64,000 nt of DNA from an uncultured Candidatus Saccharibacteria bacterium (GTDB lineage Bacteria > Patescibacteriota > Saccharimonadia > Saccharimonadales > JACDBH01): NCBI GenBank assembly GCA_964431415.1, contig CAYSJS010000006.1:252-64251 (forward strand), in the 5' to 3' direction. Below are positions 26,447-35,795 of this stretch, in pieces. Numbering within the stretch: the first letter of the stretch is position 1; the number at the start of each line of letters is the position of its first letter. Below the pieces are notes generated by a model, which ran no database searches, had not been told where the DNA came from, and was given only the letters and a program-made list of their open reading frames with translations. A program made the position numbers and the translations under genes.

Positions 26447-26526
26447 GATCTTTATTATTAGGCCGTTATGAATACACTAAGCATAAGCTCGTCTTTACGT
26501 ACCGCTTCGTATATAATACGCAGTAG

Positions 26527-27855
26527 ATGATGCAGTTTTTCAAAAGTCACAAACTTAGCTCTATTCTTTTTATATTTATCTTTGCATGCCTTGGGAGCTA
26601 TTTAATTACTATAAGTTTGGCAGCGGTTGATGACTATATAATTGAGCCGGAAAGCGGTGCTTTGTCCGGAGGAGCTGTAACGGGCAGCAATGCCAATGCG
26701 TCCGGAGGCGGATACGTGCAGTTTAAGGCTGCCGCGCCAAACCCGCCGCCTTCTAATTCGGGGGTAGAACATGGAGATCAGCTTACTGAAGGCATGGTTG
26801 GTCCGTGGGCGCTTCAGAACGTAAATATGGGTCAAGAACAGCTTGATAAGGTAGCGAAACCGTCACGTGGATACTGGCGCTTGGACACGCCGGAAGAATT
26901 CGTACCGAGCGGTACCTATACGTATAACAATAATCCGAGCAATCATGGCGGGACGCTTGCTGCAGACACGATGATAGATGGCTACTTAGTGCCCGCGGGT
27001 ACTCGAGTTGTGCAGTTCCGTGATCTAAGTGCTGCTACGTTCTATGCGCAGGGAGCTTCGGGTAATTGGCTTTTTAGAGGTGTGAGAATCAGGGAGAGTG
27101 GTGTTGGTGGTGAGTCGGTATTTAACGACAATAATGCAAGCTACACAATGAGCATACATTACGCAGATATGGGCGGATTAGGACCGCAAGACGGTAAACA
27201 GATGGATGTTGCGTGGAAGATGTTGGGTGGTCAAAACCACCGCGTTCTTCGTACATACATTACCTATGTCTCGACGGGGCTACAGCCAAATGTTGTAGGC
27301 GTAGAAATTACCGAGAATTTTATAGACAAGGTCACTTTTTACTATGGAGAAGCAGGTCCATGCGGCTCCGGAGGCAGTTGTACGTACCACTTAAACGGCG
27401 TTTCTTCTGAAGGTATGAGCAACACGACACCCACTCGGTTTAAGATTCTTAGAAACCATATTACGGTACCAAGCCCAGATGAAGCGGGCCATATTACTTT
27501 GCAAACCGACTGTATTGCTCTGTTTGGATCGAACGGCGGCTCATACAATGACGTATTGGTTCAGGACAACTATCTAGGAGGTTCCGGCTTTGTGATTTAT
27601 GCAGGAGGCGAAAAGCCGGGTGCGAAAAACGTGCGGTTTATAGGCAATAAGATCACCACTCGCTGGTGGACGAACGGTGGTAACTTTGGCGCGGTAGCGG
27701 CGCAACCGTCGTGGGGTTCGAATGGTAACGTCGCGACCGGTAATGTATGGGCGGACGATTACGGCAGCGGCGGTAATGGCAACACTCCGACATCATCCAG
27801 GCAGTACCCAAGCGGTAATGGTCCGAGGAAAAACCAAGTTATTTTTGGTAACTAA
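26527..27855 (+). CDS. Secreted protein with a CBM-like N-terminal module and a probable right-handed beta-helix
   Basis: Signal/anchor sequence; IIEPESGALSGGAVTGSNANASGGGYVQFK (carbohydrate-binding-module-like); Gly/Asn-rich repeats downstream. Confidence 0.5.
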   Translation: MMQFFKSHKLSSILFIFIFACLGSYLITISLAAVDDYIIEPESGALSGGAVTGSNANASGGGYVQFKAAAPNPPPSNSGVEHGDQLTEGMVGPWALQNVNMGQEQLDKVAKPSRGYWRLDTPEEFVPSGTYTYNNNPSNHGGTLAADTMIDGYLVPAGTRVVQFRDLSAATFYAQGASGNWLFRGVRIRESGVGGESVFNDNNASYTMSIHYADMGGLGPQDGKQMDVAWKMLGGQNHRVLRTYITYVSTGLQPNVVGVEITENFIDKVTFYYGEAGPCGSGGSCTYHLNGVSSEGMSNTTPTRFKILRNHITVPSPDEAGHITLQTDCIALFGSNGGSYNDVLVQDNYLGGSGFVIYAGGEKPGAKNVRFIGNKITTRWWTNGGNFGAVAAQPSWGSNGNVATGNVWADDYGSGGNGNTPTSSRQYPSGNGPRKNQVIFGN

Positions 27856-28160
27856 GTAGAATGCAGTGATTGGCGGCAAATCGAAGGTGTTTGCTGTAAG
27901 CGGCGCATTGATGAATCCGGGTTCCTAGGGAATAAAAGCTTAATGTTGTCCTTCCATATTTCTGCAAAGCATATTGTGCCGTTTACCACCCACGCCGGCA
28001 GGCCTTCTGGCCGGGTTGGCATTTTCCATTTAACTTCTTTGATGATGTGGTGGTCTGCCGAGGTAATTACTGCCCGCAGCTGAGTAAGAAGTGCGGCCTT
28101 CCATCTGCCGTGCAGTTCGATAATGTGCTCTACTTGTTGGGAAGGGGTTTGACTGTCCAT
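27852..28160 (-). CDS. DUF1801 (YdhG-like) domain protein, C-terminus possibly degraded
   Basis: IIKEVKWKMPTRPEGLPAWVVNGTICFAEIWKDNIKLLFP fits DUF1801. The last 25 aa look atypical. Confidence 0.45.
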   Translation of the reverse strand: MDSQTPSQQVEHIIELHGRWKAALLTQLRAVITSADHHIIKEVKWKMPTRPEGLPAWVVNGTICFAEIWKDNIKLLFPRNPDSSMRRLQQTPSICRQSLHST

Positions 28161-28223
28161 AGAACTTTATCCTAGCATGGAAAGAGCGGTGCTAACGAAA
28201 AATAACTTATAGAGATACAGAAT

Positions 28224-28730
28224 ATGCCAATGCTTCCTTCGGAAACGCTCGAAACAATTACTCTGCTGCAAAAAGAAGGTGTTGATCCGATTTTATACGG
28301 ATCACAGGGCGTCTCGCTGTACATAGGGCAGTTTAAGCGATTCGGTGATGCCGATTTTTTGGTCGACAGTCCGTGGTTAAGCAATGAGTGGGATAGGTTG
28401 GTGAGTATTATGGCAAAGCTGGGGTTCTTTCTTGTGGATGAGCACGAACACGAGTTTCAAAATGATGAAGATATGCGTGCCGCATTTGCCGATACGTCCG
28501 TACTGGCTCGTGACGGAATCGCTGATCCGTTAGATGAAGCTGTGCAAATATTCGATATTAATGGTGTAAGAGTACGTACTTTACGCGCTGAAACTTTTAA
28601 GAAAGCATACGAGTTTAGTGAAAAAGATGGCTATAGAAGGGAGCTGCGCGGCAAGAACGACAGAATTATAATCGGCCTGATTGATAATTATTTGGCGAAG
28701 AAACAGGGCGACGACAGTGCTGCGAGCTAG
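28224..28730 (+). CDS. Nucleotidyltransferase-fold (Pol-beta-like) protein
   Basis: LYGSQGVSLYIG...FGDADFLV fits the hG[GS]-x(n)-DxD NTase pattern. Confidence 0.45.
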   Translation: MPMLPSETLETITLLQKEGVDPILYGSQGVSLYIGQFKRFGDADFLVDSPWLSNEWDRLVSIMAKLGFFLVDEHEHEFQNDEDMRAAFADTSVLARDGIADPLDEAVQIFDINGVRVRTLRAETFKKAYEFSEKDGYRRELRGKNDRIIIGLIDNYLAKKQGDDSAAS

Positions 28731-28759
28731 TGCCTGCTGTATGTGAGATAATGTAAATC

Positions 28760-29104
28760 ATGATTGAGATATGGCTTAAGGAATTTAGTACAGCATGGAT
28801 AGTCAAGGATTTGGCCGGCGTGCTACGTTTGTTCGGCAGCGGCGTCGAATATTGGGAGACGCCTTACAAAAAGTTACAGGACAGGACCGAACTGGAGCGA
28901 GAGTGGTCGGCTATTACCGGGCAGCAAAACGTAGAGCTCAATACGCAGCTTTTTGCTAAAGAGGCAGATAAGTACACGGTTTTATGGCGGCTGTCATATG
29001 AAAACGAAAATAATGAAGTGCAAGACTGGGCAGGCGTATATTTGATTCGGCTTGATGCAGAAGGCAAGTGCATTTATTTTTATCAGACAGGTGAGCGAGC
29101 CTAA
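28760..29104 (+). CDS. Small NTF2/SnoaL-like protein
   Basis: 114 aa. The pattern of aromatic and acidic residues is consistent with an NTF2-like cone fold. Weak call. Confidence 0.4.
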   Translation: MIEIWLKEFSTAWIVKDLAGVLRLFGSGVEYWETPYKKLQDRTELEREWSAITGQQNVELNTQLFAKEADKYTVLWRLSYENENNEVQDWAGVYLIRLDAEGKCIYFYQTGERA

Positions 29105-29137
29105 GGACCATATTGTTATACCAGGACGATTTAAAGC

Positions 29138-29638
29138 ATGTATGAATTTAAAGCTGAACTTAAGATAATCGGTGTAAACCCTTACGTGGATGTGCCCGAG
29201 GCTGTTCTTGTTTCCCTACTTACGAAAGCACAAAAAGAAAAGGGAGCGATACCGGTGTATGGCCGCGTAAATGGCGTGCCGTACACTCAGACACTTGTTC
29301 GCTATTTAGGAGCATGGCGTTTGTACATAAACATGAAAATGCTTAAAAATTCTCCTAAAAGAGTGGGCGAAACAATACATATAGAGGTAGATTACGATCC
29401 ACGTGATCGGACAATTCCGATGCCGCCGCTTTTATGTAAAGCGCTCGAGAACGACAGGCACGCCCGCGAAATGTACGAGTCACTGAAACCATCGCTTCAG
29501 AAAGAAATTAACCGCTATATAGCCAACCTTAAGACTGAAGAAAAAGTCCGAGAAAACGTGCAAAGGGCGCTGGACTTTCTGAACGGCAAAGGGAGGTTTA
29601 TTGGCCGCGAAGCGCTGAACCAAGACGTGGCAGGATAA
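29138..29638 (+). CDS. DUF1905/YdeI family protein
   Basis: The N-terminal beta-barrel-like segment (PVYGRVNGVPYTQTLVRYLGAWRLYIN) and C-terminal PSLQKEINRYIANLKTEEKVRENV resemble DUF1905 plus YdeI. Confidence 0.55.
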   Translation: MYEFKAELKIIGVNPYVDVPEAVLVSLLTKAQKEKGAIPVYGRVNGVPYTQTLVRYLGAWRLYINMKMLKNSPKRVGETIHIEVDYDPRDRTIPMPPLLCKALENDRHAREMYESLKPSLQKEINRYIANLKTEEKVRENVQRALDFLNGKGRFIGREALNQDVAG

Positions 29639-29672
29639 ATAGATCAAAATGTTGTTTGATTCATAAAAGGCC

Positions 29673-29694
29673 CCGGCCGTCTTCGGTCGGTTTA
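29673..29694 (+). terminator. Candidate terminator hairpin after the YdeI-like gene
   Basis: CCGGCCG-TCTT-CGGTCGG followed by TTTA. The U-tract is short. Confidence 0.4.
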
Positions 29695-29799
29695 CCCTTA
29701 GAGAAAAAGAGGATTGGCGACCCTATGCGCTACTGGTGGTGTATGTATAAGCGAGCAATACGCTATATGTTGACATAGCAAAATAAACATTTTAAAGCA

Positions 29800-29828
29800 T
29801 TGATTTTTTCTCTTATTAGTTGTATAGT
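29800..29828 (+). promoter_or_regulatory. Candidate promoter of the TS-fold/PP-loop/kinase/HAM1 operon
   Basis: TTGATT (29800-29805), a 17-nt spacer, TATAGT (29823-29828), about 30 nt before the GTG start. Confidence 0.5.
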
Positions 29829-29859
29829 TCAGCATTATTTCAATATAAGGATTTGAAAA

Positions 29860-30582
29860 GTGATAGACCTAAATATATTTGGCTGTAATATAGCGGGTGA
29901 ATCGGCTGGATCTTTATGGATTGACCTCGTTAAGGCGGTAACGGAGCATGGGGATGTAACATTCGATGAAGGCAGGAAGCGCTTAAGTGTCCAAAATGTG
30001 CGTTTGCACTCAGAAAAAACAAACGAAACTGATGATTTTATTGATAAATATGCAAATAAAAAGAATATACAGGAAATTCTTAAGCTGACTTTCGAAGAAC
30101 CGGTAATGCACGATATTGATGTCAACCCTTCCTTTGGGGATGGTGCTAAGAGCTACTACCAGCGGCTGTTAGATACACGTGCTATAGAGTTTGTGGTAAA
30201 CAGGCTCTCGCTTATACCTGAAAGCAAAAAAGCCGTCGTTGTTTTTCCTAACAAAGATGATTATGAGGCCGTACTAAATAACCCATGGAACGACTACCTG
30301 CCTTGTATCGTTGCTGTTCAATTTAGAATGGTGCCGAACGGCGGTAGTGGTAGATACAAACTTAATACAGTGTTCTTTGCCCGCTCTATCGATGCATACC
30401 AGAAGAGTATAGGAAATTTGGTGGCTATTGCACATATGGCGGAGATGGTAAGGGGCCAGATTACTGAAAAAACCGGACGCGAAATTAGTCTTGGCGCGCT
30501 GGATGGTTTTATCACCGACGCGCACATATACGAAGAAAATTTTGATGAGGCAAGAAAAATGCTTAAGGACGCGACAAAATGA
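29860..30582 (+). CDS. Thymidylate synthase (ThyA)-fold pyrimidine C5-transferase/hydroxymethylase-like protein
   Basis: YLPCIVAVQF (catalytic Cys in the PCxxxxQF context), FARSIDAYQKSIGN (RSxD phosphate-binding box), FITDAHIYEEN (DAHIY box). 240 aa, GTG start. Confidence 0.75.
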   Translation: MIDLNIFGCNIAGESAGSLWIDLVKAVTEHGDVTFDEGRKRLSVQNVRLHSEKTNETDDFIDKYANKKNIQEILKLTFEEPVMHDIDVNPSFGDGAKSYYQRLLDTRAIEFVVNRLSLIPESKKAVVVFPNKDDYEAVLNNPWNDYLPCIVAVQFRMVPNGGSGRYKLNTVFFARSIDAYQKSIGNLVAIAHMAEMVRGQITEKTGREISLGALDGFITDAHIYEENFDEARKMLKDATK

Positions 30583-31310
30583 GAGCTTATCAGACAGACA
30601 TTAACGAAGTTGAAAGAGCGATTCTTGCCCACAGACCGCTTCTATTTGATAAGCCGCAAGAAGCAGAGTACGCAGTGTTACTTTTTTCTGGAGGTATGGA
30701 TTCGGTAATAGGGGCACATATGCTGCTTGAAAAAACAAAGTACAGTATTGCTCCGCTTTACATCGACAGAAATGCGCGCTCTAGAAATGCCGAGATCGCA
30801 AGCGCCAAGAAGTGTGCGAAAGTACTGTAAGAAAAGTATCCCTCGCGCGTTTTATCGCTAGAAATTGTGCAATCTCCTTATCCTAGTGCGGATTTAAAAC
30901 GCAATCTTGATTCTGAGTATAAAAAGAAAAATGGCCATCCTGGTCGAAACGCTTTTCTGGTACTTAACGCGGCGTATTATCTCCTTAACCTTCGGTCGAG
31001 TGGCAAAAAAGTACGAACTATATTTATAGGCAGTTCGCCGAACGATACTTTTTCGCATTCGCAGCTTTTTTCTCTCCGCGCAGTTAATATAGCTGTCTGC
31101 GCAGATGCAGATGACTGGAGTATTCAAGTGACATCACCGCTTTTAGAGCCGGATTTATTCGGAAAGGTGACAAAAGCCGACCTGGTAGCCTTTGCGCGCG
31201 AACACGATGTAGACGTAGATGACACCTATACTTGTACGCGAGGCGATGTACCCTGTAATGAATGCGACGAGTGCAAACTAAGAAATTCATTCTTGCAGGC
31301 AAGTGTATGA
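30579..31310 (+). pseudogene. QueC-like PP-loop ATPase interrupted by a single in-frame TAA (30828-30830)
   Basis: The 83-aa and 147-aa ORFs are in the same frame. The N part has LLFSGGMDS (SGGxDS PP-loop). The C part has GHPGRNAFLVLNAAYY and CTRGDVPCNECDECKLR (a QueC-type Cys cluster). Read through the stop, the sequence is colinear with E. coli QueC. Confidence 0.7.
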
Positions 31311-31903
31311 GCAGCGGATCTCGGTGCTACGAAGGGCAAATAAAGTTTGGAGGAGTGCAAGGTTCGGGAAAAACTACCATAATAGGGGAACTAACCGGAT
31401 GTCTTGAAAAGGCAGGGGTATATGTACCCGTCCTAAAAGGGTCGCTCATTATGGCGGCTATTCTCGGTTGCAAACCCGATGAAATATCGGCTCAAGATCC
31501 TGCGAAGCGCGCTCAAGCGCGCAGTGATATGTTTGAGCGTTTAGCACGTGAACCTCTCGGTATTCGTGATGGCCACTTTACCGTGCCCGATGGTAGGGGT
31601 GGCTACGAAATATCTGATGATTTCGTGGAGGCTACCAGAGGTTTGGTAGTAGTGACGGCTTCACCCGAAGTTATTCGTGAGCGTCGTATACTAACCGGCA
31701 GGGTAGGAAGAGAATTAGATGTACATAAAATTGCGGCACAGCAGGATGTTGAGCTGGAGGCTGCTAAGGAATCGGCAGAGAGACACGGCCGGCCTCTTTT
31801 TCTTTTGGACAATAACGGTTCTGTAGATACACTAGAAACATCTAAGAGTCTTGACCCGCTCGTGCATTTTGTGTGCGAGGCACTTAAACCTCGGAGTATA
31901 TAA
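31307..31903 (+). CDS. P-loop kinase-like protein (nucleoside/nucleotide kinase fold)
   Basis: GGVQGSGKTTIIGEL Walker A. About 198 aa from the ATG at 31307, which overlaps the QueC-like stop (ATGA). Confidence 0.55.
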   Translation: MSSGSRCYEGQIKFGGVQGSGKTTIIGELTGCLEKAGVYVPVLKGSLIMAAILGCKPDEISAQDPAKRAQARSDMFERLAREPLGIRDGHFTVPDGRGGYEISDDFVEATRGLVVVTASPEVIRERRILTGRVGRELDVHKIAAQQDVELEAAKESAERHGRPLFLLDNNGSVDTLETSKSLDPLVHFVCEALKPRSI

Positions 31904-31920
31904 ATTAAAAAGGAACTTGC

Positions 31921-32496
31921 ATGAAAACTATCTATTTTGTAACTACTAACTCCGGAAAGCTTGCTGTGGCCCGTGCATATATAGAGCAGGCAGGTTTGCA
32001 AGACAAATATATTGTTGAACAACTTTCGATTGAGACTCCAGAGATTCAGGATGATTCAGTTGAGAAAATAGCGCTTGAATCGGCACGCTGGGCTTCTACA
32101 AAAGAAAACAAAGCAGTGATTTGTGCTGACGCTGGTATGGAACTGGTGGCCGTTAAAGGGTTTCCCGGGCCATACGTTAAATATTTCAACCAAACATTTA
32201 CGGTCGACCAAGTGATGCGCCTTTTTTCTGCCGAGGATGACCGCACAGCCGTATGGACTGATGCTCTTGCTTTTTACGATGCAGAAGATGGTAGTTCGGT
32301 GGTTTTTCGTTCGGATACCAATGGCAAAATAGCGCTAGTTCCATCAACTAAGAAAGATGCATCTACGGTTGATAGATTGTTTGTACCAGAAGGTTTTGAG
32401 GTGCCACTTGCAGATATGAGTGACGAAGAACGTATGCGCGCCTGGAATACTTCACGCTGGCAAAAGATGCTCGAGTATCTAGCAAGTAAGAATTAG
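31921..32496 (+). CDS. Divergent HAM1/ITPase-family NTP pyrophosphatase paralog
   Basis: IYFVTTNSGKLAVA (TxNxGK), ETPEIQDDS, and ICADAGMELVAVKGFPGPYVKYF are present. The region corresponding to the FGFD box of the canonical paralog at 25886 is altered. Confidence 0.7.
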   Translation: MKTIYFVTTNSGKLAVARAYIEQAGLQDKYIVEQLSIETPEIQDDSVEKIALESARWASTKENKAVICADAGMELVAVKGFPGPYVKYFNQTFTVDQVMRLFSAEDDRTAVWTDALAFYDAEDGSSVVFRSDTNGKIALVPSTKKDASTVDRLFVPEGFEVPLADMSDEERMRAWNTSRWQKMLEYLASKN

Positions 32497-32501
32497 CAGG
32501 G

Positions 32502-32768
32502 TTACTTGCCGTTTTTTTCGCGGTGGAAGCAGCCGGCCCAGCAGCAAGGGCGGCGTTTGCCGGCCGAAAGATCGGAGTGGACTCTGTTCGCTCGTCTGGC
32601 GCGTGTTTCAATCATTTTTGCTGAAGTAACCCAGCAGATCCATTCGTTGCGCGCAAGGGGTGTCAAACCGTTCCATGTTTTAAGAGTGGATGGATGGGAA
32701 AGCAGGAGTTTTTTTAAGTCCGCAGGCATTTTATGAACAGTACCGATGGAAAGAGTAGTAGTCTTCAT
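32502..32768 (-). CDS. YdeI/OmpD-associated family small protein
   Basis: LTPLARNEWICWVTSAKMIETRARRANRV...GKRRPCCWAGCFHR matches that family. Confidence 0.6.
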   Translation of the reverse strand: MKTTTLSIGTVHKMPADLKKLLLSHPSTLKTWNGLTPLARNEWICWVTSAKMIETRARRANRVHSDLSAGKRRPCCWAGCFHREKNGK

Positions 32769-32984
32769 TAACGAATAGTATACCAGTTATATAAAGGGTC
32801 TTGTACGCTCTTGTAGTTTTGAAGCCTTATAAAAGCGACGCCGGTACAGCGGACGCTAAAGACACGGTAGTGTCCGCTGAGTGATAACTCTTAGCGCTGC
32901 ATCGAAATGTTTACAGTAAAAATGTCATTCATTTGAATTGCTCGCTTATGTGTTTTTAAGCGTAACCATTATACTAAGTAGACT

Positions 32985-35486
32985 ATGCCATGGTATCAAG
33001 AAACTGCCGAACGACTGTATGCGCTACTTGAATCATCGCCGCAAGGTTTGACCAAAAAAGAGGCGGCCGCCCGACTTAAGAAGTTTGGACCCAATCAGCT
33101 CGCATTAAAAAAAGAACCGCTGTGGCGAATTATCATTGAACCATTTCGGAATGTTTTTGTAGCGGTGCTTGGACTTGCTGCTTTTATTAGTCTACTGAGC
33201 CACGAACGGCTTGATGCGGGAATTATTGCCGTCATTATTATCGTTAACGCATGCATTTATTACTCGCAGCAATACGCTACGACGCGTGTCCTAAGAAGTC
33301 TAAAAAAGCACAGTGTTCAAGAAGTGAACATTCTGCGCGAAGGACAAGAACAGAAGGTGGATGCGGTGATGCTCGTGCCGGGTGATATTATTGTGCTGAG
33401 CGAAGGAGAGCGCGTGCCGGCGGATGCACGCGTTATCCAAGTAGAAAATTTGCAGGTGAACGAATCGTCCTTGACTGGCGAGTCGGTTCCGGTGCATAAA
33501 CATGCTTCCCGGCTTGAGACAGAAAAACAGCTGTACGAGCAAGATAATATGGTTTTTCAAGGAACCTACGTACTTACCGGTACGGCGATTGCTCTCGTGG
33601 TTGAAACGGGTGGAACTACCGAATTTGGCAAAATTGCAGCGCTCGCATCCGACCAGCCATCAAAAAGTCCTGTGCAGGCAAAGATTGATCAACTCATTAC
33701 GCTACTTATAAAAGTAATAGCCGTTCTCGCGAGTTTTGTTTTCATCCTGTCGCTTATGCGCGGGATACCTTCTGGCGAGGCGCTCCGCTTTGTACTTTCA
33801 CTGACCGTCTCCGCTGTGCCTGAAGGACTACCGGTTGCTCTGACAGTAATAATAGTCTTAGGGATGCGTCGAATGGCGAGGCAAAAAGCTCTCGTCCGGA
33901 ACTTTAAAGCAATAGAAGACATTGGTCTGGTAACGACAATCGCAACTGACAAAACCGGGACGCTGACTAAAAACCATCTTCGGGCAGTTGATAGCTGGTC
34001 GTTTGGCAAGGACGACGTGCTAAAACTGGCAGGCAAGACGATTGATGCGGACGGTGTCTTGTCTGACCCGCTCGATAAAGCGATTAGCGAAGCTTCCCCT
34101 CATCATGCAGTAAACAAAGTGTATCCGTTCGATCTTGGGCTCCGAATGAGTGGCGCGTTTGTGGCGGCAGATGAAACAATCTATATAAAAGGGTCGCCAG
34201 AGCATATTCTCAGTAGGTCAAAAGTAACACAAACAGAACGGCAAGCGGCTGAGTCGGTTATGCATGGGTTTGCGGCAAAAGGGTACCGCGTTATTGCATT
34301 TGGACGGCGTGCTGAGATAGCGGAACCGCCAAAAACACTCGCTTCGCTTGCAAAAGAAACGCTCCAGTTTGTAGGCTATATCGCATTTGCTGACGAACTG
34401 CGCCCCGAGGCCGCGCCTGCTGTGCGAGCAGCCCATGCTGCTGGGATACGGGTGCGGCTCATTACTGGGGACCACTATGAAACAGCATTTAATATCGGCA
34501 GGCAAGTGGGTATTGCCGAGCGCGAAGAGGAAGTGATTCAGGGTGCTGATTTGCCCGGGCCAATCCATGAGCTGGCAGCGGTCGTAAAAAACAAAACGGT
34601 TTTTGCGAGGATATTGCCAGAAGATAAGTTTCGTATTTTGAAGGCTTTAAAAGAAACTGAAATAACGGCGATGACAGGCGACGGGGTGAATGACGTGCCA
34701 GCGCTTGCGAATGCGCACGTTGGCATAGCTATGGGATCAGGCAGTGATATTGCACGAGATGCCGGAGGAATTGTGCTTTTAAATGATAACTTTGCAACCA
34801 TAATTAAGGCGGTCGCAGAGGGTAGGAAGATCTTCGACAATATACGTCGCATGCTTTTCTATTTACTCTCGACTTCACTCGGTGAAGTGCTGACGATGAT
34901 TGGTGCACTTTTGTTTGGGCTGCCGCTCCCGGTGACTGCGATTCAGATTTTGTGGATCAACCTCGTAACCGATACGGCACTTGTCCTGCCGCTCGGGCTT
35001 GAGCCGGAAGAAGACGGTCATATGAAGCGGCCGCCGCGCCGACCGAAAGATCCTTTGCTCAGCCGAATGCTGCTCGGAAGAATGGGTATAGTGGCGTTTA
35101 CTATGGCACTTATTACTCTCTGCGAAGTTTTTATTTTACGCCGCCGGGGGTATACGACCGACCAAATTCAAACGGTTGCTTTTATGAGCCTTATCGCTGC
35201 GCAGTGGACAAATGCGTTTAATGCTCGTAGCGAATTTAAGTCGTCGTTCAGCCGGATCAAAAAAGTGAACCGCGGTATGATCGTCGGGTTTTTAATTGCA
35301 TTTACGCTACAGATGATAGTTATGTTCGGGCCGCTTGGCTCTGTATTTAACATTCAAACAGTTCCTTTTATGACCCTCCTGGTGTGCGCCGGGACGATGG
35401 CTTTGTCGGTAATGGCGGTGGCCGAAGTCCACAAGGCTGTTCTGGCTTGGCTTAAGTCATTGCGAACTTCTGCCGGTCCGGTGTAG
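32985..35486 (+). CDS. Cation-transporting P-type ATPase (type II, Ca2+/Mg2+-like)
   Basis: DKTGTLT phosphorylation site, TGES, TGDHYETA, MTGDGVNDVPAL, and 10 TM segments. Confidence 0.9.
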   Translation: MPWYQETAERLYALLESSPQGLTKKEAAARLKKFGPNQLALKKEPLWRIIIEPFRNVFVAVLGLAAFISLLSHERLDAGIIAVIIIVNACIYYSQQYATTRVLRSLKKHSVQEVNILREGQEQKVDAVMLVPGDIIVLSEGERVPADARVIQVENLQVNESSLTGESVPVHKHASRLETEKQLYEQDNMVFQGTYVLTGTAIALVVETGGTTEFGKIAALASDQPSKSPVQAKIDQLITLLIKVIAVLASFVFILSLMRGIPSGEALRFVLSLTVSAVPEGLPVALTVIIVLGMRRMARQKALVRNFKAIEDIGLVTTIATDKTGTLTKNHLRAVDSWSFGKDDVLKLAGKTIDADGVLSDPLDKAISEASPHHAVNKVYPFDLGLRMSGAFVAADETIYIKGSPEHILSRSKVTQTERQAAESVMHGFAAKGYRVIAFGRRAEIAEPPKTLASLAKETLQFVGYIAFADELRPEAAPAVRAAHAAGIRVRLITGDHYETAFNIGRQVGIAEREEEVIQGADLPGPIHELAAVVKNKTVFARILPEDKFRILKALKETEITAMTGDGVNDVPALANAHVGIAMGSGSDIARDAGGIVLLNDNFATIIKAVAEGRKIFDNIRRMLFYLLSTSLGEVLTMIGALLFGLPLPVTAIQILWINLVTDTALVLPLGLEPEEDGHMKRPPRRPKDPLLSRMLLGRMGIVAFTMALITLCEVFILRRRGYTTDQIQTVAFMSLIAAQWTNAFNARSEFKSSFSRIKKVNRGMIVGFLIAFTLQMIVMFGPLGSVFNIQTVPFMTLLVCAGTMALSVMAVAEVHKAVLAWLKSLRTSAGPV

Positions 35487-35520
35487 TATCTGACATGAGT
35501 TAAAGTAAGAGGAAAAATAC

Positions 35521-35781
35521 GTGGACAGGTTATTTGTTGACGTTCGGGAGCCGTTTGAATATGAAAGAGGGCATGTAGATGGTGCCATCAGTTTACCGCC
35601 GGAGCAGCTTATGAATGGCGCCGCCGTCCTTAAAGATGTGCCTAAAGATACCGAACTGGTACTTTACTGCGTATCCGGTAGTCGCTCGAATGCCTCGATA
35701 AGCATCTTAAAATCGATGGGGTATACTAATTTGGTAAATGGTATTAACCAAGATCACGTAAAAGCAAAATACGGTGTATAG
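35521..35781 (+). CDS. Rhodanese-like domain protein
   Basis: VDVREPFEYERGHVDGAISLP and the active-site loop YCVSGSRS. GTG start. Confidence 0.75.
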   Translation: MDRLFVDVREPFEYERGHVDGAISLPPEQLMNGAAVLKDVPKDTELVLYCVSGSRSNASISILKSMGYTNLVNGINQDHVKAKYGV

Positions 35782-35795
35782 AAAGTCACTGTTTT

